Positions 33,805 through 41,054 of a stretch of DNA of 64,000 nt are shown piece by piece. Both the position numbers and the translations under genes were made by a program. Numbering within the stretch: position 1 is the first letter of the stretch; every line of letters begins with the position of its first letter. This stretch comes from Mycobacteriales bacterium (GTDB lineage Bacteria; Actinomycetota; Actinomycetes; BP-191), in the NCBI GenBank assembly GCA_036382875.1, contig DASVPJ010000033.1, positions 1,660 to 65,659 on the forward strand. Direction: 5' to 3'. The notes beneath the pieces are model-generated. The model did no database searches. It was not told the origin of the DNA and saw only the letters and a program-made list of their open reading frames with translations.

Positions 33805-34203
33805 GTGCACGACACATCGCGCCGCACGCTGCTTCGGGCGGCCGTCTTCGGTGCCGTCACGGTCGCGGTGCCCGGCGTCGCCGCGGGCCGGGCGAGCGCG
33901 CTCAGCGTCGCGTCGTCGCCGACCCGGCTGCGCAGGCGGGTGTTCGTGCCGCACGTCGGCACCTCGTTCCTGCTCACGTCCGGCCGCGCGACGTACCGCG
34001 CGATCCTCACCGAGGTCAGCGACTCGACCCGCGCCGCGGGGCACGACCGCCGCTTCGGGCTGACGTTCCGGATCGCCGGCGCCGCCCGGCCCGCCGACGG
34101 GACGTACGCCGTGACCCACCCGCACCTGCGGGCGTTCGACCTCTACGTCGGCGCGGTGGGGAAGCCGGAACGCGGCCTCTACGAGGCCGTCGTCAACGCC
34201 TGA
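33805..34203 (+). CDS. Tat-signal small beta-rich protein (132 aa), paralogue of 33378..33665
   Basis: GTG start after GGGAGGG. Twin-arginine signal TSRRTLLRAAVFGAVTVAVPGVAAGRASA. The mature part aligns with the neighbour (FVPHVGTSFLL / FGLTFRIA / DGTYAVTHPHLRAFDLYVG / LYEAVVNA). Confidence 0.75.
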   Translation: MHDTSRRTLLRAAVFGAVTVAVPGVAAGRASALSVASSPTRLRRRVFVPHVGTSFLLTSGRATYRAILTEVSDSTRAAGHDRRFGLTFRIAGAARPADGTYAVTHPHLRAFDLYVGAVGKPERGLYEAVVNA

Positions 34204-34684
34204 CGAACACGGCGCGCACGACGTAGCCGGCCACGGCCAGCACGAGCAGCCACTTCGCCCACGCCACGACCGCCGTCGCGGGCGCGAGCCACGCCGTGCC
34301 GTGCGCGGCGTAGCCCGCGGCGCCGAGGCGCTGCGCCTGCGCGACCTGGCGGAGCAGCAGGACGTTCTCGACCGCGTCGAGCCCGGCCGCGGCGAGCGGC
34401 GCCCACCGGGCCGCTTGGAGGCGGCGGCCGTAACGGTCGCCGGCCCACGACGCGGCGGCGGCGAGCGGCACCCAGTACGTCGCGAGGTAGGGGAAGTCGC
34501 GCCACACGTAGTCGTCCGCGCGGCCGAGCGGCCACGCCGCCAGCGCGCGGCCGGCCGCCTCGCGGGTGGGCGCGAAGAGCTCCAGGCGGAGGACGTCGCC
34601 GTGCGGCACCGACTGCATCCAGGCGAGCGCCGCCGTGCTCGCCGCCAGCCCGCCCCAGAACGCGAGGGCGCGGCGGCTCGGCAT
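34193..34684 (-). CDS. Integral membrane protein, function unknown
   Basis: 163 aa with 4 hydrophobic segments and good codon bias. Overlaps the 3' end of the preceding gene by 11 nt (convergent). Confidence 0.65.
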   Translation of the reverse strand: MPSRRALAFWGGLAASTAALAWMQSVPHGDVLRLELFAPTREAAGRALAAWPLGRADDYVWRDFPYLATYWVPLAAAASWAGDRYGRRLQAARWAPLAAAGLDAVENVLLLRQVAQAQRLGAAGYAAHGTAWLAPATAVVAWAKWLLVLAVAGYVVRAVFVRR

Positions 34685-34725
34685 GGCGGCAGCGTAGTGC
34701 GCGCCCCTGCGGGTACGGGCGCGGC

Positions 34726-35127
34726 GTGACCCCCTTGGAGATCCTGCGCGACGCGCGCGTCATCGCCGTCGTCGGCGCGTCCGACGACGAGGCGAAGCCG
34801 TCGCACCGCATCCCGCTCGCGCTGCGCGAGCGCGGCTGGACGATCCTGCCCGTCAACCCCAACGACCCGGTCGTGCTCGGCGTCCCGTCGGTGCCGTCCG
34901 TGTCCGACCTGCCGGACGGGGTCGACGTGGTCGAGGTGTTCCGGCCGGCGGAGGAGGCGGAGGGCATCGTGCGCGAGGCCGCCGCGCGCGGCGTCAAGGC
35001 GGTGTGGCTGCAGCAGGGCATCGTGTCGCCCGCCGCCCGCGCCGCCGCGGCGGAGGCGGGGATCGAGTACGTCGAGGACGCCTGCATGGGCGTCGTGGCC
35101 CGGGCGAACGACCTGCGGGCGCCGTGA
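34726..35127 (+). CDS. CoA-binding domain protein (YccU/YneT-like)
   Basis: 133 aa. ARVIAVVGASDDEAKPSHRIPLALRERGWTILPVNP ... VVEVFRPAEEA ... AVWLQQG is the CoA_binding_2 pattern. Confidence 0.85.
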   Translation: MTPLEILRDARVIAVVGASDDEAKPSHRIPLALRERGWTILPVNPNDPVVLGVPSVPSVSDLPDGVDVVEVFRPAEEAEGIVREAAARGVKAVWLQQGIVSPAARAAAAEAGIEYVEDACMGVVARANDLRAP

Positions 35128-35615
35128 CCGTACGCCGCCTCACGACGGTCGCCGACCTGCTCGCGGCGCTGCCCGGCGCGGTGCCGGAGGCGGCGGCGGC
35201 GTTCGTCGCGGACCCGCGCAACGTGGCGTTCGCGGCGTACGAGGGGGAGGAGCCGGTCGGCTTTGTCCGCGCGGTGCTGCTGACCCGGCCGGACGACGTC
35301 CGGCCGCAGGCGTTCCTCTACGACGTGTCGGTCGCGGAGCACGCGCGGCGGCGCGGCCACGGCGGCGCGCTGGTGCGGGCGCTGCTGGCGGAGTGCGCGG
35401 CGCTGGGGGCGAGCGAGCTGTTCGTGCTGACGAACCGGTCGAACGCCGCCGCGATGGCGCTGTACGCGTCGACCGGCGCGGTGAGCGACGCCGGCGACGA
35501 CGAGGTGTCGCTGGTCTGGTCGCCGCCGTTCGCCGGGCGGGCCGCCGCACCCGTCCCCGACCCCGACCCCGACCCCGACCCGGACCCTGACCCGGGCCCC
35601 GACCCCGAACTGTGA
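35124..35615 (+). CDS. GNAT family acetyltransferase with (Pro-Asp)n C-terminal tail
   Basis: GTG at 35124 overlaps the upstream stop (GTGA). Motif VAEHARRRGHGGALVRALL. The tail PVPDPDPDPDPDPDPGPDPEL is encoded by a CCCCGA microsatellite, and the stop codon lies inside a dispersed hairpin element. Confidence 0.8.
   Translation: MTVRRLTTVADLLAALPGAVPEAAAAFVADPRNVAFAAYEGEEPVGFVRAVLLTRPDDVRPQAFLYDVSVAEHARRRGHGGALVRALLAECAALGASELFVLTNRSNAAAMALYASTGAVSDAGDDEVSLVWSPPFAGRAAAPVPDPDPDPDPDPDPGPDPEL
35555..35608 (+). repeat. Hexanucleotide microsatellite (CCCCGA)n, 9 units (4 perfect in tandem)
   Basis: ccccga ccccga ccccga ccccga cccgga ccctga cccggg ccccga ccccga. In frame in the 3' end of the GNAT gene. 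Confidence 0.9.
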
Positions 35616-35660
35616 AGATCACCACGCGGGGAGGGGGGCGGCTGGGCTGCACGGTTGGGG
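35594..35660 (+). repeat. Dispersed ~65-nt hairpin element, copy 1
   Basis: GGGCCCCGACCCCGAACTGTGAAGATCACCACGCGGGG...CTGCACGGTTGGGG. Aligns with 46084-46147. The arms CCCC(G)AACTGTGAAG / CT(G/T)CACGGTTGGGG are inverted repeats. Confidence 0.75.
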
Positions 35661-35721
35661 AATCGGGGGGCGGGGGCCCGGGGTAGCGGCGCGGGCGGTC
35701 GGCTCGCGGGACGGGCGGGGC

Positions 35722-36732
35722 TCAGCGGTCGCGGGTCCAGCCGACGAGGTCGCCGGCGGACCAGGCGTTGATCACGCGGTCCGGCGTCACCCCGCACGCG
35801 GCGGCGCGTTCGGCACCGTAGTGCTGCCACTCGAGCTGCCCCGGCGCGTGCGCGTCGGTGTCGATGCTGACCAGGCAGCCGGCCTCGACGGCGAGTGACA
35901 GGAGCCGGCGCGGCGGGTCGAGGCGCTCGGGCCGGGAGTTGACCTCGACGGCGGTCCCGAACTCCGCGCACGCCGCGAACACCAGCTCCGCGTCGAACTC
36001 CGACTCCGGCCGCCCGCGCCCGACCACGATCCGCCCGGTGCAGTGGCCGAGCACGTCGGTGTGCGGGTTGGCGACGGCGTACGCCATCCGCCGGGTCATC
36101 TCGTCGCGCGGCATCCGCAGCTTGGAGTGCACGGAGGCGACCACGACGTCGAGCCGTTCGAGCAGCTCGTCCTCCTGGTCGAGCGAGCCGTCCTCGAGGA
36201 TGTCGCACTCGATCCCGGTGAGGATGCGGAACGGAGCCAGCTCCTCGTTCAACGAAGCCACGACGTCGAGCTGCTCGCGCAGCCGGTCGGGCGAGAGGCC
36301 GTTCGCGATGGTCAGCCGCGGCGAGTGGTCGGTGAGCACCATGTACTCGTGCCCGAGCGCCCGGGCGGCGACGGCCATCTCGCGGATGGGCGACCCGCCG
36401 TCGGACCAGTCGGAGTGCACGTGGCAGTCGCCGCGCAGCGCGGCGAGGATCTCCTCGGTGCCCTCGGGCAGCGGTTCGAGCTCGATGCCCTCGAGCTTGG
36501 TGAGGTACGCCGGCTGCTCGCCCGCCAGCGCCTCCAGCACGACCCGCGCGGTGACGTCGCCGATCCCGGGCAGGTCGGTGAGGCGTTCCGCCAGCGCCAG
36601 CTCGGTCAGCTCGTCACGGGACAGCGCGCCGATCGTCTCCGCCGCGCGGCGGAACGCCCGGACGCGGTACGTCGGCTCGCGGCCGCGTTCGAGCAGGTAC
36701 GCGATGCGCTTCAGCGCCTCCACGGGCTCCAT
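35722..36732 (-). CDS. PHP-domain phosphoesterase with N-terminal helix-hairpin-helix (PolX C-terminal-like)
   Basis: ATG at 36732 (336 aa). HhH LTDLPGIGDVTA. PHP metal motifs GDCHVHSDWSDG, VLTDHS, GIECD, VASVH, LGHCTG, IDTDAH. The upstream 300 aa of the 642-aa ORF are low-complexity and were excluded. Confidence 0.85.
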   Translation of the reverse strand: MEPVEALKRIAYLLERGREPTYRVRAFRRAAETIGALSRDELTELALAERLTDLPGIGDVTARVVLEALAGEQPAYLTKLEGIELEPLPEGTEEILAALRGDCHVHSDWSDGGSPIREMAVAARALGHEYMVLTDHSPRLTIANGLSPDRLREQLDVVASLNEELAPFRILTGIECDILEDGSLDQEDELLERLDVVVASVHSKLRMPRDEMTRRMAYAVANPHTDVLGHCTGRIVVGRGRPESEFDAELVFAACAEFGTAVEVNSRPERLDPPRRLLSLAVEAGCLVSIDTDAHAPGQLEWQHYGAERAAACGVTPDRVINAWSAGDLVGWTRDR

Positions 36733-36792
36733 CGGGCGGAAGCCTCCCACGGCACGCGGTTGCCGAACCGCCCCAGCGGGCACCGAGCGAGC

Positions 36793-38238
36793 ATGGGCGC
36801 CCTCCGGAAGGCCGACGAGAAGGCATGGGCCGCGCTGCACGCGGCGGACACGCCGTTGTGGCTCGACACCGCGATGGCGCGGCTCACCCGCGCCGCCGAC
36901 CACTCGAAGCTGTGGTTCGGCGTCGCCGCGGTGCTCGCCACGCGCGGCCGGCCCGGCCGGCGCGCGGCGATGCGCGGCACGCTGTCGATCGCGGCGGCCA
37001 GCGCGGTCGCGAACCAGCTCGGCAAGCGCATCTACCGCCGCCCGCGCCCCGACTACCTGAACCTGACGGAGGTCGCCCGGCTGCCGCACCGCCGGCCGAC
37101 GAGCACGTCGTTCCCCAGCGGCCACAGCGCGAGCGCGGCGGCGTTCGCGGTCGGCGTGGCGACCGAGATGCCCGCGCTCGGGGTGCCGCTCGGCGTGGCG
37201 GCCGCGGCGGTCGGCTACTCGCGGGTGCACACCGGCGTGCACTGGCCGGGCGACGTGCTGGGCGGGTTCGCGCTCGGCGCCGGGCTGGCCTACGGCACCC
37301 GCTGGTGGTGGCCGCGCGCCCCGATCGACCCGGCGTCGGTACGCCGCCGGCTCAGCGCGGTCTCGGTCGGCGCGGCACCGCAGGGGGAGGGGGTGACGAT
37401 CGCGGTCAACGCCGCCGCCGGCGCGACCAGCCCCGACGACGCGGCCGAGTCGATCCGCACCGCCCTGCCGAAGGCCGACGTGGTCCCCCTGGACGACCCC
37501 GAGCAGCTCTCGAAGACGCTGGAGGCCGCCGCGCCGTCCGCCCGCGCGCTCGGCGTGCACGGCGGCGACGGGTCGGTGAACGCCGCCGCGGAGGTCGCGT
37601 TCGCGCACGACCTGCCGCTGGCCCTGGTGCCCGGCGGCACGCTCAACCACCTGGCCCGCGACGTCGGGCTGGACGGCGTGGACGACGTGGCCCGCGCGGT
37701 CGAGCAGGGCTCCGCGGTGGAGCTCGACGTGGCCGAGATCGACGGGCGGCCGTTCCTCAACACGGCGTCGTTCGGCTCGTACGCCGAGCTGGTCGACGCC
37801 CGTGAACGGCTCGAGGGCCGCTACGGCAAGTGGCCCGCGCTGCTCGTCGCGCTGGTCCGGGTGCTCCGCACCAGGGAGCCGGTCGAGGTGGAGATCGACG
37901 GCCGGCCGCGGCGGATCTGGGCGATCTTCATCGGCAACTGCCGCTACGAGCCCGCGGGCTTCGCGCCGGCGTACCGGCCGGAGCTGGACGACGGGCTGCT
38001 CGACGTGCGGATCGTCGACGCGGACAAGCCGCTGGCCGGGGTCAGGCTGATCGCCGCGGTGCTCACCGGCACGCTGGCGCGCAGCCGGGTCTACGAGCAG
38101 CGGTTCGCGACGCGGGTCACGGTGCGCAGCGAGACGCCGCTGCGGCTCGCGCGCGACGGCGAGACGTTCGACGGGAGCCCGGAGTTCACCGTCGGCAAGC
38201 GGGCGCGGCCGCTGCGGGTCTACGTCCCGCCGGCCTGA
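36793..38238 (+). CDS. Fusion protein: PAP2 lipid phosphatase domain plus diacylglycerol/lipid kinase (DAGK_cat, LCB5-like) domain
   Basis: PAP2 motifs KRIYRRPRP, PSGHS, SRVHTGVHWPGD. The kinase part has GGDGSVN and PGGTLNHLARD. Confidence 0.85.
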   Translation: MGALRKADEKAWAALHAADTPLWLDTAMARLTRAADHSKLWFGVAAVLATRGRPGRRAAMRGTLSIAAASAVANQLGKRIYRRPRPDYLNLTEVARLPHRRPTSTSFPSGHSASAAAFAVGVATEMPALGVPLGVAAAAVGYSRVHTGVHWPGDVLGGFALGAGLAYGTRWWWPRAPIDPASVRRRLSAVSVGAAPQGEGVTIAVNAAAGATSPDDAAESIRTALPKADVVPLDDPEQLSKTLEAAAPSARALGVHGGDGSVNAAAEVAFAHDLPLALVPGGTLNHLARDVGLDGVDDVARAVEQGSAVELDVAEIDGRPFLNTASFGSYAELVDARERLEGRYGKWPALLVALVRVLRTREPVEVEIDGRPRRIWAIFIGNCRYEPAGFAPAYRPELDDGLLDVRIVDADKPLAGVRLIAAVLTGTLARSRVYEQRFATRVTVRSETPLRLARDGETFDGSPEFTVGKRARPLRVYVPPA

Positions 38239-38975
38239 TGCACCCGCGGCTGGACCCCGAGAGCCGCTACGGGCTGCGGCTCACGCTGTTCGCGGTCGCG
38301 CTGCTGCTGGCCGCGGTGCCGTTCGGGATCCTGCTGGAGCAGGTGGTGCGCACCGGGCCGCTGCTCGACGTCGATCACGGCGTCGCCGTCCGCGTGCACG
38401 AGTACGTCACCCGCCACGACGCGCTGCGGGTGGCCGCCCGCGCCGTCACGGCGCTCGGCGGGCCGCTCGCGCTGTACCCGCTCGGGGCCGCCGCGACGGC
38501 GTGGATCCTGCGGAAGGGGCGGCGGCGGCTGGCGTTCTACGTGGCCGTGACCGGCCTCGGCGGCGCGCTGCTGAACAGCGTCGTCAAGCTGCTGGTCGCC
38601 CGGCCCCGGCCGGTGTTCGAGGTGCCGCTGGCGCACGCGCTGGGCAAGTCGTTCCCGTCCGGCCACGCGATGGCCTCGACGGTCGTCTACGGCGCCCTGC
38701 TGCTGGCGTTCCTCCCGGCCCTGCGCCGCCGCGGCCTGGCCCGCGCCGCGACGGCCGGGACGGTCGCGCTGGTGCTCGCCATCGCCGCCTCGCGGGTGGC
38801 GCTGGGCGTCCACTTCCTCTCCGACGTGGCCGGCGGGATCACGCTCGGTGTCGCGTGGCTGTGCGCGTCGACGGCGGCGTTCCGGGTCTGGCGGACCGAC
38901 CGCGGCGCGCCTCCGGCGCCCCTCGAGGAGGGCGCGGACCCGGGCGCGGCGCGCCTTCTGTCCGGGTCTGCCTAG
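38238..38975 (+). CDS. PAP2 family membrane phosphatase
   Basis: ATG overlaps the upstream stop (TGATG). Motifs KLLVARPRP, PSGHA, SRVALGVHFLSD. Confidence 0.85.
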   Translation: MHPRLDPESRYGLRLTLFAVALLLAAVPFGILLEQVVRTGPLLDVDHGVAVRVHEYVTRHDALRVAARAVTALGGPLALYPLGAAATAWILRKGRRRLAFYVAVTGLGGALLNSVVKLLVARPRPVFEVPLAHALGKSFPSGHAMASTVVYGALLLAFLPALRRRGLARAATAGTVALVLAIAASRVALGVHFLSDVAGGITLGVAWLCASTAAFRVWRTDRGAPPAPLEEGADPGAARLLSGSA

Positions 38976-39158
38976 GTCTGGGCCGAGGTCGGGGCCTTAC
39001 GGCCCGTCAGCAATTGATCACAACGTGCTAGGGACTCAGGCGGCCGTCACGACGAGTATCCGTACGGACACAGCAAGCGAGAGACGGCTCGACCTCGATC
39101 CAGGGTCGTCACTCAGAGCAACAGCAGCCAACCGCTGCGTGACGAGAGGATCCCTCTG

Positions 39159-41051
39159 ATGGGACCGGCCGCTCGTACGAACCGGCGCCTCCGCTGGCTT
39201 GCAGCCGCGGTGGCGACGGCCGGCGTCGCGACCCCCGCCCTGTCTGCCTCCGCCGCCGTGCCACTGGCCGCGAAGGGCAGCACCTGGGCAGCGCGACCGG
39301 GCACGGGCACGGCGCAGAAGGTGATCGTGCAGGCGCGGGTCGGGCACGAGTCCGACGTCGCCGCGGCGATCCGGCAGCTCGGCGGCTCCGTCGACTCGCC
39401 CCTCGACATCGTGAACGGCTTCGCGGCGCACGTGCCCGCGTCGGCCGTCGCGGCGCTGCGCGCGCACCCCGGGGTGCGCGCCGTCAGCGAGAACAGCCAG
39501 GTGCACTTCGCCAGCAACATCTACGACGAGTCCACCGTCGCGTCGTCCTACGGCAAGGCGGCCGGCGCCCCGGCGGCCTGGAGCGCCGGCAACACCGGCA
39601 GCGGCGTGGGCATCGCGGTGATCGACACCGGCATCTCGCCGATGAAGGACTTCGAGGGCCGGCTCGTCCACGGCCCCGACCTCTCGGGCGAGGGCAACGT
39701 CATCGACTCGTACGGCCACGGCACGGTCATGGCGGGCATCGCCGGCGGCAGCGGCGCGGACTCCGCGAACAACGCCGCGGGCTCGTACGCCGGCGTGGCG
39801 CCGGGCTCGACGCTCGTCTCGGTCAAGGTCGCGGGCCGCAACGGCGCCGCCGACGTCTCCTCCATGCTCCAGGCGATGCACTGGGTGTCCGCGTACAAGG
39901 ACCAGTACAACATCCGGGTCCTGAACCTCTCGTGGGGCACCACGTCCACCGCCGACCCGGCGACCGACCCGATCAACTACGCGGTCGAGCGCCTGTGGCG
40001 GCAGGGCATCGTCGTCGTCGCGGCGGCCGGCAACGCCGGCCCGAACAGCGGCACGATCACCAAGCCCGGCGACGACCCGGTCATCCTCTCGGTGGGCGCG
40101 TACAACGACGGCGGCAACACCAGCACGTCCGACGACTCGATCCCCGGCTGGTCGTCCCGCGGGCCGACGGCGCAGGGGCTCACCAAGCCCGACGTCGTCG
40201 CCCCCGGCCGCACGCTGATCGCGACGCGCTCGTACGGCTCCACCGTCGAGCAGCAGAACCCGAAGGCGCTCGTCCCCCCGAGCTACATCAAGGGCTCGGG
40301 CACGTCGGAGGCCGCGGCCGTCACGTCGGGCGTCGCCGCCCTGCTCCTCAAGGCGCACCCGGACTGGACGCCGGACCAGGTGAAGGCCGCGCTGCGCAAC
40401 ACCGCGACGCCGATCCCCGGCGTCTCCGGGAACACGCAGGGCAAGGGCCGGATCAACTACGCCGTCGCGACGGCGACGGACCCGGGCCCGGCGCAGCAGC
40501 AGTCGTTCCAGGGCAGCGGCCTCGGCTCCCTCGAGGCGAGCCGCGGCAGCACGCACGTCTGGTCGGACTGCAAGCAGGACGGCACCTACGTCGAGATCCG
40601 CGGCGAGATCGACGACCGCTGCAACCCGTGGAACGGCACCTCGTGGACCGGCACCTCCTGGACCGGGACGAGCTGGACGGGCACCTCCTGGACGGGCACG
40701 AGCTGGACCGGGACGTCGTGGACCGGGACCTCCTGGACCGGTACGAGCTGGACCGGGACGTCGTGGACGGGCGGCACGTGGAACGGCACCTCGTGGACCG
40801 GCACCTCCTGGACGGGCACGTCCTGGACGGGCACGTCGTGGACCGGCACGAGCTGGACGGGCACCTCGTGGACCGGTACGAGCTGGACGGGCACCTCGTG
40901 GACCGGCACCTCGTGGACGTCGGCCGAGTACGGTGACGACGAAGACCTCTTCCTGAACGCCTTCTGGGGTCCCCGGCCGAAGGCAGGGCATCACGTGAAC
41001 GGTGAGATCAGCGAGCCGGGCCAGCGAGCGCGAGCCAACGGCGACGACTGA
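39159..41051 (+). CDS. Secreted S8 subtilase with C-terminal Trp pentapeptide-repeat domain
   Basis: Has a signal peptide and an inhibitor_I9-like propeptide. Catalytic VIDTGI, HGTVMAG, GTSEAAAVTSG. Followed by 20 consecutive x-W-x-G-T pentapeptides and an acidic tail. Confidence 0.92.
   Translation: MGPAARTNRRLRWLAAAVATAGVATPALSASAAVPLAAKGSTWAARPGTGTAQKVIVQARVGHESDVAAAIRQLGGSVDSPLDIVNGFAAHVPASAVAALRAHPGVRAVSENSQVHFASNIYDESTVASSYGKAAGAPAAWSAGNTGSGVGIAVIDTGISPMKDFEGRLVHGPDLSGEGNVIDSYGHGTVMAGIAGGSGADSANNAAGSYAGVAPGSTLVSVKVAGRNGAADVSSMLQAMHWVSAYKDQYNIRVLNLSWGTTSTADPATDPINYAVERLWRQGIVVVAAAGNAGPNSGTITKPGDDPVILSVGAYNDGGNTSTSDDSIPGWSSRGPTAQGLTKPDVVAPGRTLIATRSYGSTVEQQNPKALVPPSYIKGSGTSEAAAVTSGVAALLLKAHPDWTPDQVKAALRNTATPIPGVSGNTQGKGRINYAVATATDPGPAQQQSFQGSGLGSLEASRGSTHVWSDCKQDGTYVEIRGEIDDRCNPWNGTSWTGTSWTGTSWTGTSWTGTSWTGTSWTGTSWTGTSWTGTSWTGGTWNGTSWTGTSWTGTSWTGTSWTGTSWTGTSWTGTSWTGTSWTGTSWTSAEYGDDEDLFLNAFWGPRPKAGHHVNGEISEPGQRARANGDD
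40626..40922 (+). repeat. Coding 15-nt tandem repeat, 20 units (S-W-T-G-T pentapeptide)
   Basis: PWNGT (SWTGT)x8 SWTGG TWNGT (SWTGT)x8 SWTS (20 five-residue periods). Ser is encoded alternately by TCG, TCC and AGC, and Thr by ACC and ACG. Confidence 0.95.
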
Positions 41052-41054
41052 CGC

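Noticed and set aside
40586-40909. 107-aa minus-strand ORF with a VPVHE/VPVQL repeat
   Set aside because: It is the antisense reading of the SWTGT coding repeat inside the S8 protease gene, not an independent gene.
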